This document shows positions 29,615 through 40,969 of a stretch of 64,000 nt of DNA, piece by piece. The stretch comes from Nitrospinales bacterium. GTDB lineage: Bacteria; Nitrospinota; Nitrospinia; Nitrospinales; VA-1. The first letter of the stretch is position 1, and each line of letters starts with the position of its first letter. The stretch is from the NCBI GenBank assembly GCA_965263085.1, contig OZ253582.1, positions 925,848-989,847 of the forward strand, read 5' to 3'. A program made the translations under genes and the position numbers. The notes below the pieces were generated by a model. The model saw only the letters and a program-made list of their open reading frames with translations, was not told the origin of the DNA and searched no databases.

Positions 29615-30014
29615 TAATTGTTATCGAGGTTAAAACCTAACTGCCTATCGTTCAAAATATTAACACATAATCCTGAACAGTCAACTTTATTGTTAGCCAC
29701 CCCATTCTTTGGAAATCCTTAATTTATAAGTTGTTGACGCTAATATCCCAGCCTGACAACCCGGCAAAAAAAGGTTCGCGAAACAACTCGACCTTACCCC
29801 AACCCATCGACGCTGATCCGGAAAACCATGCTCATTTTTCATTAATGTCCCAGATATGTGTTAAGATTGACAAATTCTTGTGCTTCTCAAAATATTAATT
29901 TATCATGACAAATCAATATCGTTAAATAAATCAGGTTGTTGAGTTTATATTTAGGCCAAAGCGATTTTAAATATTCCTCTCACCGACTTTATCTTTCTCA
30001 ATTAGGACCGAAGA

Positions 30015-31340
30015 ATGCATAGTCTTACTGTCACTTGGGCGGGTTATCTGTCTCTGATCTGTTTTTGTCTCGCCTACATCTTGGTCATATTCGAAGAACA
30101 TACCCATATGCGAAAATCCAAACCGGTCATTCTGGTCGGTTGTCTCATGTGGGCCTTCATCGGTATCTATGAAGCCCAACACGGGGGTGGGCATGCTCAC
30201 AACCATGTCAAAGAACTGATTGCTGAAATTGGCGAACTGTTTTTCTTTCTTCTGGTAGCAATGACCTATATCAACACCCTTGATGAGAGAAATGTCTTTA
30301 AAGCATTAAGGGTATGGTTACTCAAAAAAGGCTTGGGGTTTAAAAAATTATTTTGGGCAACAGGTGGAATCACCTTCCTACTTTCACCTCTTGCCGACAA
30401 CCTGACCAGTGCCCTGCTAATGTCAACCGTAACGCTGGCGGTCAGTAATGGCAATGGACGGTTCATTGTTCCCGCATTCGTCAATATTGTAGTGGCAGCA
30501 AATGCAGGCGGGGCTTGGAGTCCTTTCGGAGATATCACCACTCTGATGATCTGGACTGCGGGAAAAGTTCCCACTATAGATTTCTCCTATCTGATACTCC
30601 CCTCCATCGTCAATTGGCTCATTCCAGCAACTATCATGTATTTCTACGTTCCAGATGGGGCTCCTGAAACAGGAAATGAGGCGATAGAACTCAAACCGGG
30701 AGCCAAGTTCATCATCGGACTTGGTATATTCACCATTGCCACCGCCATATCTTTCCACCAATTCCTGCATTTGCCCCCATTCATGGGAATGATGCTCGGA
30801 CTCGGACTATTGATGGTTAAGGGGTTCTATTTAAAACGTTGGGGAGAAAAAAAGCACCTTGAGAAAGTTGGAATTCCCGATGAACGAAGAAACCAGCCAC
30901 GGTTTGATATTTTCACCAAGGTGGAGAAGGTGGAGTTTGACACCCTGTTTTTCTTTTTCGGTGTCCTCACCGCCGTAGGCGCATTGCAATACATTGGCTA
31001 CCTGGCACTGGTCAGTGAAACTATGTATGGGGGCCTTGGCCCGACAACCTCAAATATAATTATTGGTGTCCTATCTTCTATTGTCGATAACATCCCTGTC
31101 ACGTACGCGGTTCTAAAAATGAGCCCTGATATGGGTCTCAATCAATGGTTACTACTCACCCTGACCGCCGGTGTGGGAGGTAGTCTTCTCTCTGTGGGTT
31201 CCGCAGCAGGCGTAGCGGTCATGGGGGTTGACCGAAAACATTATACATTCATGTCGCATTTAAAATGGGCTCCAGTCATAGCACTGGGCTATATAGGCAG
31301 CATCGTCACCTGGTACTTTGTAACAGGAGGATTGAGATAA
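30015..31340 (+). CDS. nhaD: NhaD-type Na+/H+ antiporter (ArsB/NhaD permease superfamily)
   Basis: 441 aa with about 12 TM helices. The segments LSPLADNLTSALLM and VVAANAGGAWSPFGDITTLMIW are typical of NhaD. Confidence 0.75.
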   Translation: MHSLTVTWAGYLSLICFCLAYILVIFEEHTHMRKSKPVILVGCLMWAFIGIYEAQHGGGHAHNHVKELIAEIGELFFFLLVAMTYINTLDERNVFKALRVWLLKKGLGFKKLFWATGGITFLLSPLADNLTSALLMSTVTLAVSNGNGRFIVPAFVNIVVAANAGGAWSPFGDITTLMIWTAGKVPTIDFSYLILPSIVNWLIPATIMYFYVPDGAPETGNEAIELKPGAKFIIGLGIFTIATAISFHQFLHLPPFMGMMLGLGLLMVKGFYLKRWGEKKHLEKVGIPDERRNQPRFDIFTKVEKVEFDTLFFFFGVLTAVGALQYIGYLALVSETMYGGLGPTTSNIIIGVLSSIVDNIPVTYAVLKMSPDMGLNQWLLLTLTAGVGGSLLSVGSAAGVAVMGVDRKHYTFMSHLKWAPVIALGYIGSIVTWYFVTGGLR

Positions 31341-31403
31341 AACCTGCTGGCAGAGCAAAACTATTTACTCCGCTTCTTCTCACTTGCAAAAAAACTTTTA
31401 TCT

Positions 31404-32186
31404 TCAAAGACCAGGCCCTTTCCCGACCACCACTCTTCCCAGTGTGAATACGTAAACCTTCCCTACTCTATTTTCCTTTAAAATCTTTGTGGCCTCATTA
31501 GCCGTTGCCCCAGTTGTAAACACATCGTCCACCAATAAAATATTTTTCCCCATGACCAGTTCGGGACGATTGATCTCAAAAGCACCTTTGATATTGCGAG
31601 CTCTCTCTATGCGGGTCATGGCAGCTTGCGGATTTGTCGCCTTGACTCGCCGTAACAATCCACCTTCAAGAGGTAATTTTAAAACTCTTGCGACTTGCCG
31701 GGCAATAAGGAACGCCTGGTCAAATCCCCTCTCCTTCATTTTGTTGAAATGTAACGGCACCGGAGAAACGGTAAAACCCTGACAAAAGCCTGAGTTCTCC
31801 TCAAAATATTTTTCCAGCAGGTGATCCATTTCTGGGAGCACCCCCATCTGCCTGCGATATTTGAAATGGTGAATGGTTGTTCTTAAAACCGTGTCATAAA
31901 ATCCAAGACTTCTGGCCTGGTCAAATTGATAAGGACTTTGTCGGCAAACCCCACACACAAACTCTTCATATGGATAAACATATGACAAGTCCGCCGGCAC
32001 CCCGCACTGAAAACAATACGGTTGTCGAATAAATTCGATATCATCCCTACAACTAGCGCATAAGAAATGCTCTGGCTCTCGGATTGTACCGTTACAGGAA
32101 ATACAGTTCTGTGGAAACACAAAATCCAGAAACTTTCTGAACCAGCGCAAAACCCTAGCGAAAATATTTCCCCATCTGGCCTTCAT
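31404..32186 (-). CDS. comF: ComF-family protein (double zinc ribbon plus phosphoribosyltransferase domain)
   Basis: 260 aa, with N-terminal CxxC pairs (CISCNG..CASCRD, CFQCG..CGVCR) and the PRTase motif ILLVDDVFTTGAT. Confidence 0.8.
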   Translation of the reverse strand: MKARWGNIFARVLRWFRKFLDFVFPQNCISCNGTIREPEHFLCASCRDDIEFIRQPYCFQCGVPADLSYVYPYEEFVCGVCRQSPYQFDQARSLGFYDTVLRTTIHHFKYRRQMGVLPEMDHLLEKYFEENSGFCQGFTVSPVPLHFNKMKERGFDQAFLIARQVARVLKLPLEGGLLRRVKATNPQAAMTRIERARNIKGAFEINRPELVMGKNILLVDDVFTTGATANEATKILKENRVGKVYVFTLGRVVVGKGPGL

Positions 32187-32409
32187 AATTCCTCACTGTG
32201 GACCCGCTCAATCCTTAAAAGCTCGGCGGTCTTCTTAAAGAAACGCAAACAGCCAACTCCTTAAATATGTTTTTCAAACCCTCAAGAACGCTCTCACTTT
32301 TTAAGACGTATCAATCTGAAAAACAAGGCTAAATGCCAAGGTTTTTATATTCTTCTGGAAACTTTTATGCTAAAGTTCCTTCCTTAAATCACTATCATAA
32401 AAAAACCTA

Positions 32410-33606
32410 ATGAACAAGGACATCATCCAGCTTACAGAAAAACACGTCGCCGGGACTTACGGACGTTATCCGATTGCCCTAGTCAAGGGAAAAGGTTCCA
32501 AGGTCTGGGACAAGTCGGGAAAACAGTACATCGACTTTGTCAGCGGCCTTGCCGTGGACAACCTTGGGCATTGTCATCCCGCAGTAGTCTCAGCCATAAA
32601 AAAACAGGCCGAAATGCTGATCCACGTTTCCAACTTATACCATATAGAACCGCAATCCAAATTAGCAGAAAAACTAACGTCCTTGAGTTTTGCCGACAAG
32701 GTATTTTTCTGTAATAGCGGAACAGAAGCAAATGAAGGTGCGATCAAACTCGCGCGGAAATATTTTTTTGATCAAGGACAACCAAAGCGAATCGAAATCA
32801 TCACCATGCACAACTCGTTTCATGGCCGCACTCTGGGTTCTCTTGCGGCAACGGCGCAGACAAAGTTTCACGCCGGATTCGAGCCACTACTTCCCGGCTT
32901 CAAATATATTCCCTTTAATGATTTACCCTCAGCCCGAAAAGCAATAACACAAAAAACCTGCGCTATTTTGGTAGAACCCCTGCAAGGAGAAGGTGGAGTA
33001 AACATCCCCAACCCTTCCTACCTGAAAGGACTGAAGAAACTCTGTCAGGAATATGGCATTCTTCTGATCTTTGATGAGGTGCAAACCGGCTTCGGACGCA
33101 CAGGAAAACTGTTCGCCCATGAACTCTATAAAACAAAACCTGATATTATGACTCTGGCAAAGGCTCTGGGAGGCGGTATGGCAATAGGCGCTCTGGCGGC
33201 CACCAACCGGGTTATGAAATCTTTTACCCCAGGCACCCATGCCGCAACCTTTGGTGGCAACCCCCTAGCCTGCTCTGCTGCCTTGGCTTCCTTGAAAGTA
33301 CTGACCACAAAAAACTTTTTAGATAAAGCCAACAAAACCGGAACCTATTTTTTAAAACGCTTAAAAGAAATCGCCCGGGATAACCCCATCGTCAAAGAAG
33401 CCCGCGGCAAAGGAATGTTTCTCGCACTGGAATTAAACAAGCCCGGAGGCTATGTTGTCATCGACTGCATAAATCACGGGTTTTTGATAAACTGTATCCA
33501 GTCAAGCGTATTGCGGTTTACCCCACCGCTCAATATTTCCCGGAAAGATATAGACCGCTTGGTCCCTGTGCTATCTGATAGCCTCACCAAATTGATCGAT
33601 AAATAA
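32410..33606 (+). CDS. argD: acetylornithine aminotransferase
   Basis: 398 aa class-III aminotransferase, with FCNSGTEANE, DEVQTGFGRTG and the PLP-Lys region TLAKALGGG. It is adjacent to argF. Confidence 0.9.
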   Translation: MNKDIIQLTEKHVAGTYGRYPIALVKGKGSKVWDKSGKQYIDFVSGLAVDNLGHCHPAVVSAIKKQAEMLIHVSNLYHIEPQSKLAEKLTSLSFADKVFFCNSGTEANEGAIKLARKYFFDQGQPKRIEIITMHNSFHGRTLGSLAATAQTKFHAGFEPLLPGFKYIPFNDLPSARKAITQKTCAILVEPLQGEGGVNIPNPSYLKGLKKLCQEYGILLIFDEVQTGFGRTGKLFAHELYKTKPDIMTLAKALGGGMAIGALAATNRVMKSFTPGTHAATFGGNPLACSAALASLKVLTTKNFLDKANKTGTYFLKRLKEIARDNPIVKEARGKGMFLALELNKPGGYVVIDCINHGFLINCIQSSVLRFTPPLNISRKDIDRLVPVLSDSLTKLIDK

Positions 33607-33636
33607 CAAGCTTTTAAGTTTCAATAAAACCTGAAA

Positions 33637-34533
33637 ATGAAAAAAGATCTGTTAACCATCAGCGATTTTAACCGGGAAGAAATTCTTAGCCTGTTTGAAA
33701 AGTCCACCAACCTCAAGGAAAAACACCAAAAAGGAATCGAGCATTCACCTTTAAAAGGCAAGACCTTGGGGATGATATTCAACAAGCATTCCACACGAAC
33801 CCGCATTTCGTTTGAAGTGGGAATGTTTGAACTTGGCGGTCACGCGCTGTTTTTAACCGGCGACCAGCTTCAGTTGAAACGCGGCGAAACCCTCCGAGAT
33901 TCAGCTCAGGTCCTCTCCCGCTACCTTAATGGTATTTTGATAAGGACCTACGATCACGATGAAGTACTCGCCCTTGCCGAGCATGCCACGATACCCGTGA
34001 TCAATGGACTTACCGACCTCAACCACCCTGTGCAGGTACTTTCAGATATTTTTACCATCAAGGAGAAACTCGGTGGTATAGAAGGGGTGAAAATAGCCTA
34101 TGTCGGCGATGGGAACAATATCGCTTATTCATGGATGATGGGAGCTTCATTGATGGGAATGCATCTGGCGATCGCCTGCCCTAAAAGCTGCCAACCCAAT
34201 CCGTCTCCCCAACTGAGCGGAAGTGGCAAGGTAAAAATCATTGAAGATCCTTTTGAAGCGGTCAAAAATGCGGATATTATTTATACGGATGTCTGGATAA
34301 GCATGGGACAGGAAGAAGATATGGAAAACAAAAAAAAGCTCCTTCTCCCGTATCAGATAAACCAGAAGCTGGTCGATACCGCAAAAAATGGTGCTATGGT
34401 GATGCACTGCCTCCCTGCGCACCGAGAAATGGAAATCACTTCAGAAGTTCTGGATGGTAAACATTCAATTGTTTTTGACCAGGCTGAGAACCGGCTACAT
34501 GTTCAAAAGGCTATTCTTGAAACATTGTTATAA
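33637..34533 (+). CDS. argF: ornithine carbamoyltransferase
   Basis: 298 aa, with the STRTR carbamoyl-phosphate motif, the DVWISMG (ornithine-binding) loop and HCLPA. Confidence 0.93.
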   Translation: MKKDLLTISDFNREEILSLFEKSTNLKEKHQKGIEHSPLKGKTLGMIFNKHSTRTRISFEVGMFELGGHALFLTGDQLQLKRGETLRDSAQVLSRYLNGILIRTYDHDEVLALAEHATIPVINGLTDLNHPVQVLSDIFTIKEKLGGIEGVKIAYVGDGNNIAYSWMMGASLMGMHLAIACPKSCQPNPSPQLSGSGKVKIIEDPFEAVKNADIIYTDVWISMGQEEDMENKKKLLLPYQINQKLVDTAKNGAMVMHCLPAHREMEITSEVLDGKHSIVFDQAENRLHVQKAILETLL

Positions 34534-34693
34534 AATCCGAATCAATGATAGAGTTATAATTTTTCGAACAATTTCAAAAAATAAAATTTTAATTAACTCG
34601 AAAACCACCATGAGGAAAACCAACAGGAAATTCAAACAGCATTGGTGTAAATCTACAACGAAAACAACTTAACCACCCCCTTCAGTCAATTGA

Positions 34694-36670
<1,977 letters not shown>

Positions 36671-36862
36671 GGAGTTCTGTGGCGGAAACTATTTCTGGAA
36701 AAAGAGGAGGAGGAGTTTCTATCTGTGCCAACCAATGTTTACCGAAACTTATAAAGGTTTTTCAGCGCCCTGTCAGACATAAAGCAGCACGTCTGCATCT
36801 TGAGCAAATAAACAATGACTTTTTCAGCCTTCAAATCGTTTTGAGTTTATTAACAGCCATTG

Positions 36863-37231
36863 CTATTTACTTCCATCACTAAAGGTTATGACTCCAAGAA
36901 TTTTGAATTCGTGAACATCATACCCAGAACGCCGAGGCAGGGAAGATTGCACCACCCCCTTGAGCAGTTCCAACTTTTGAGAATCTAATTGATTAATGAA
37001 GTGGTCGAAAATGTGTTCCGGAAAATAAAGCGTCAGGTTGAGTTTCGCCCGCTGATAGATAAACTGACTACCTGACCGCATCGGGTTCGCCCTCAGCGGT
37101 TTGTATTCCACATGGCCTTCAAGCATGAAGTCTGCCATCTCCTTCCACTCTTCTCCGACTTTATTCAGGTTCTCGCGGATGAGGGACAAGAGTCGCCCCT
37201 GACCGGGAAGTTCATAGCTATAGCTTGGCAT
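36863..37231 (-). CDS. hypothetical protein (122 aa), co-oriented 9 nt downstream of the methyltransferase
   Basis: Intact ORF with an ATG start. I recognise no family or motif. Its composition is typical of a soluble alpha/beta protein. Confidence 0.5.
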   Translation of the reverse strand: MPSYSYELPGQGRLLSLIRENLNKVGEEWKEMADFMLEGHVEYKPLRANPMRSGSQFIYQRAKLNLTLYFPEHIFDHFINQLDSQKLELLKGVVQSSLPRRSGYDVHEFKILGVITFSDGSK

Positions 37232-37240
37232 AGATTTTTT

Positions 37241-38095
37241 CTATTTAGAAGGTTTGGTGATCAATCGGGCTCTTAAAGCCAGAAATAACGGAATCTCTTT
37301 TCGAGCCCGGTTTTCGGCCTTGGCACGCTTTCCAGGTTGGCTGTTCTTATTCGAAACCCATTCCTCCATCGTATCGACACAGAACCCAGCCGCGGCCAAC
37401 GCTGAAATATAACTTTGCATTGGACGGTGATAGGTGAGCGTAAACGATTTAGAATCGGCAAAGGGCGGGGTCAGTATAGGAACATTGGTCTCCGTCATAT
37501 AATGGTCCACCCTCCGGTATTCCAGTTTCTTTTCTTCATCCCACCCCCAGTGAGATTGGCGGGGAATACGAAAACAAGGGTGCGTCATCACCATCACAAA
37601 ACACTTACCTAGCTTCAACCAGCAAGCTGCGCTTTTAAAAAGCAGACCCATCTTTTCGATATTCTGTATTGCCATCAGGCAGGCAATGCCATCGAAACGG
37701 TCTTCTTCAAAGCTTTTGGCATCGCTGGCGTCTCCCACATGATAGCGGACAAATGGACCTGAACGCGCTCGAGCAAACTTCAACAACTCCGATGAAGAAT
37801 CCAGCCCTTCGACCTGAATACCCTTACGCGATAAGTAGCGAGAAAAAACTCCCTGACCGCAAGCCAGATCAAGAACACAGTCTTTTTTAGTGACTGCCAG
37901 TAAGCGCAATACGCCGGGCATGATAATATCTCTCTGAAAATCGGTGCCTTGGCCGCCGACCAGCGAGTCGTACCAACGGGACACCTGATCCCAAAGCGTC
38001 AGCTCTTTCTTTACTGATTTTTTTATCGATTTCTTTCCCAAAGATTTTGCCTTTACTTTTCTGTTTCTGTCTCCGGAATCTGTTTTATGTTTCAC
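37241..38095 (-). CDS. class I SAM-dependent methyltransferase with Lys-rich N-terminal extension
   Basis: 284 aa, with motif I VLDLACGQGVFSRYL and the C-terminal HRPMQSYISALAAAGF segment common in type-11 methyltransferases. The N-terminal 30 aa are very basic (KVKAKSLGKKSIKKSVKK). Confidence 0.8.
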   Translation of the reverse strand: MKHKTDSGDRNRKVKAKSLGKKSIKKSVKKELTLWDQVSRWYDSLVGGQGTDFQRDIIMPGVLRLLAVTKKDCVLDLACGQGVFSRYLSRKGIQVEGLDSSSELLKFARARSGPFVRYHVGDASDAKSFEEDRFDGIACLMAIQNIEKMGLLFKSAACWLKLGKCFVMVMTHPCFRIPRQSHWGWDEEKKLEYRRVDHYMTETNVPILTPPFADSKSFTLTYHRPMQSYISALAAAGFCVDTMEEWVSNKNSQPGKRAKAENRARKEIPLFLALRARLITKPSK

Positions 38096-38651
38096 CAGTA
38101 TTAATCCGTCTCGTTTTCATCTATAATCAATGGAAGAGTGATTTTTCACCCTTTGACCCATTTCATCAACACATCCAACCTTTCCCAGGCATTCACAACA
38201 ATTCTTTTGCATCTCATTTTTGTTTCCGTCTCCTGCAAAACACTGGACCAACCCAGGAAGACATAGACTTGAGCATCAAGGCTCATAATGCTGAGTTTGA
38301 GGCCAAGGTGATTGACATGAGCACCCAATTCACTCACCCGAAATACCGCTTGGAATATATGGCTAAACCTCCGGAGATGGTCAAACGCATCACCATTTTT
38401 GAAGTAGCTGTTTTATATAGACATTAAACTTTTCAATGACGGGGGACCCATCTCCGATGGGCCTGAAAAAGATTTGAATCAGACCATTCTCACCATGCAC
38501 CACAAATATCGGTATTGCCCAAAACCAGATTACAAGCCCTGCTCATCGAGCAGAAATGGGCTCTCCATCAGAAGCGGTGGGTTATCATCCCCGACCTGAG
38601 CACATTTCTGGAACAATCCTGAAGGTAACCTCAACTTTCACGCATAGTGGG

Positions 38652-39347
38652 TCACGCTGGTAAGATCACCTCGACGGCTTTGTTTAATGAAATCGTGGTC
38701 AGGGTGACCTTACAATTCATACCATAAAGTTCCACCCCTTGATCACGCGCCTTTCGCAACCATTCCCCAAATACCGGATCAATGTCATTATTGCAGGTTA
38801 TGGATTGCGTGTCAGACCTTTGCGAAACAAACACCACGGCTCCCCGGTAGCCTTTTGCGCAAAATTCCATTAGCTCCTTAATATGCTTGACTCCTCGCTC
38901 TGTCGGCGCATCGGGAAATCTGCCCAGTCCTTTTTCGACTAGGCTCACCGATTTCACCTCAACATAAGCGGGGCTTAACGGGAACGTCAACCGGAAATCG
39001 AAGCGGCTGTTTTTCACTTTTACTTCGCTGGAAAAAGCGGAATAACCTTTGAGAAAAGGAAGCTTCCGCACCATCAACGCATCCTGAATCAGGGCATTGG
39101 CAAACACAGGGAATACCGACACCCATATAGAACCGTGGCGCACCAAAACCAACGTGTATTCTGTTTTACGCTGTGGCCTAGACTGGTGGACCAGCCGGAC
39201 TTTTCTGCCTGCCAGCATTAACCCGGGCAGACGACCTGGATCGGGAACATGAGCCAGAACTTCCTCACCCTCCACTTCAACACGCGCCAGATAGCGGTTC
39301 GGCCGTTCCAAAAAAATACCATCAATAATTTTCTTGCCGAATCTCAA
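38652..39347 (-). CDS. sfsA: SfsA-family nuclease / sugar fermentation stimulation protein
   Basis: 231 aa with a TTG start. It has FLERPNRYLARVEV (OB-fold N-terminus), HVPDPGRL, and a C-terminal PD-(D/E)xK-like region (VEVKSV). Confidence 0.88.
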   Translation of the reverse strand: MRFGKKIIDGIFLERPNRYLARVEVEGEEVLAHVPDPGRLPGLMLAGRKVRLVHQSRPQRKTEYTLVLVRHGSIWVSVFPVFANALIQDALMVRKLPFLKGYSAFSSEVKVKNSRFDFRLTFPLSPAYVEVKSVSLVEKGLGRFPDAPTERGVKHIKELMEFCAKGYRGAVVFVSQRSDTQSITCNNDIDPVFGEWLRKARDQGVELYGMNCKVTLTTISLNKAVEVILPA

Positions 39348-39426
39348 AACCTGAACCCCTCAAAGTTCACAGAAAACCCCTCAGAGAAACCGAGAGTATC
39401 GTCGACAGTAATAAAAAACTATTGCC

Positions 39427-39443
39427 ACCGGCGGCTCGCCGGT
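39427..39443 (-). terminator. putative terminator hairpin after nuoM
   Basis: The minus strand reads taACCGGCGagcCGCCGGTggcaatagTTTTTTatt: a perfect 7-bp GC-rich stem starting in the nuoM stop codon. The T-run is displaced by 8 nt, so it is not canonical. Confidence 0.35.
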
Positions 39444-40957
39444 TAGTGGTGGCTATCTTCCCCGGTATGGATATTGCCCGTTTTTTCCAGATGCAGTAAT
39501 GAATCGACCGATGGGATAATTCGGTTAATAAAAGGTTTGGGGTAAAGACCTATCAATATAATGAGTAGGCAGGCGGGTAGAATAAGTTTGAATTCACGCT
39601 GATCAATATCAGTCAATCCGTCAGGCAGGCCATCAGATGTTTCCTGCATCGAGCCCTGAAACATATACAACATATATATAGAAGCAAAGACAATCGACAA
39701 TCCACCCATCAAAACCAAAATACCCGATAACCCGGAAAACATGCTGGATGTCCAGACTCCAGCAAGGATCATGAACTCTCCGACAAAGCCGTTCAATCCG
39801 GGGAGCCCCAGGGCAGCCAGCATAATCAGCATGAAACTTCCATACAGAACCGGCATGGCCTTGCTCAAGCCTTGGAGCTCGTTCAAGTTTCGGGTTCCCA
39901 TTCGCATCTCAATAAATGCAACGATCAAAAACAACGCCGATGCGATGATGCCATGATTCACCATCTGGAGTACGCTGCCCCCGATACCTGTTTCATTATG
40001 AGCAAAGATTCCAATAACAATAAATCCCAAGTGACTAATACTGGAATAAGCCACTAGGGCCTTTAAATCTTTTTGCGCAATGGCGATCCAGGCTCCGTAG
40101 ACCATGCCGGAAGCCGCCAGAAACCCGATGACCGCAGCAAAATCCTCTACCGCTTCGGGAAATAACGGCAGGCAAAAACGCAGAAAACCATAAGCACCCG
40201 TTTTGGACATAGCTCCCGTCAACAAAATCAAAGCCGGAATAGGACACGCTGCATAGGCGTGAGGCAGCCAACTATGCAGGGGAAAAACCGGAACCTTGAT
40301 AGCGAAAGCTAGAAAAAAGAAGAAAAACATCCACATCTGCGTGGCAGGATCAATATGCGTATGAGTCAGCACACGCAAATCAAATGTTACGTCATGGGTG
40401 GCACCGTAATGTATCATCGTCAGGGAAAGGATAGCGATCAGCATCAACAGACTTCCCGCTAGGGTATAGATCACGAACTTCATCGTGGCATAAACCCGTC
40501 GGCCCTCTCCCCAAATGCCGATGAGAAAATAAGTCGGCACCAGCATCAACTCCCAGAACACATAAAATAAAATGGTATCAAGTGCCAGAAACACTCCCAG
40601 CGTCCCCGCCTCCAGAGCCAGCATTAGGGCAACAAAGTTTCTGAGACCTTCCTTCTGAGTGAAGGAAAATAAAATGGCAATAAATCCCAAAAATGCGGTC
40701 AACATCACCATCCAAAGGCTGATGCCATCCACTCCAACTAGATAATTGATATGCAAGGCAGGCACCCAGTGGAACATCTGAACAAACTGCATTTCAGCAT
40801 TGGCACTATCAAACGAAAACAGTAACCACAAAGAAAGGGCAAAACTTACCCCTGCTGCACCCACCCCAACCATCCTAACCGCAGCCGTATTTTCCCTGGG
40901 GATTATGAGGAGTCCCAGTGCCGCGATAAAGGGTATGAATATAATGAGAGATAACAT
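39443..40957 (-). CDS. nuoM: NADH-quinone oxidoreductase subunit M
   Basis: 504 aa Mrp-antiporter-like subunit. The FAIKVPVFPLHSWLPHAY motif is typical of NuoM, and the gene follows nuoL. Confidence 0.95.
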   Translation of the reverse strand: MLSLIIFIPFIAALGLLIIPRENTAAVRMVGVGAAGVSFALSLWLLFSFDSANAEMQFVQMFHWVPALHINYLVGVDGISLWMVMLTAFLGFIAILFSFTQKEGLRNFVALMLALEAGTLGVFLALDTILFYVFWELMLVPTYFLIGIWGEGRRVYATMKFVIYTLAGSLLMLIAILSLTMIHYGATHDVTFDLRVLTHTHIDPATQMWMFFFFFLAFAIKVPVFPLHSWLPHAYAACPIPALILLTGAMSKTGAYGFLRFCLPLFPEAVEDFAAVIGFLAASGMVYGAWIAIAQKDLKALVAYSSISHLGFIVIGIFAHNETGIGGSVLQMVNHGIIASALFLIVAFIEMRMGTRNLNELQGLSKAMPVLYGSFMLIMLAALGLPGLNGFVGEFMILAGVWTSSMFSGLSGILVLMGGLSIVFASIYMLYMFQGSMQETSDGLPDGLTDIDQREFKLILPACLLIILIGLYPKPFINRIIPSVDSLLHLEKTGNIHTGEDSHH

Positions 40958-40969
40958 ACGTTTTTCAGG

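Noticed and set aside
29611-29620. TCAATAATTG shared with the palindrome upstream of nuoA (52634..52643)
   Set aside because: The 10-nt AT-rich match here overlaps the ispA TTG start codon. Two occurrences are insufficient to call a motif.
29867-29896. TTGACA followed by TATTAAT upstream of nhaD, as a sigma-70 promoter
   Set aside because: The spacing to the best -10 candidate is about 20 nt, which is too long, and hexamers at 17-18 nt are poor. It is not reported as a feature.
29615-30014. Expected xseB upstream of ispA
   Set aside because: Translation of all minus-strand frames gives no XseB-like helical sequence. The region looks like genuine AT-rich promoter DNA.
38047-38427. 126-aa ORF, considered as a real gene or a PaiB-like relic
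   Set aside because: Its 5' part overlaps the methyltransferase gene, there is no credible internal start, and the PaiB resemblance (..ITIFEVAV..) is too weak to claim.
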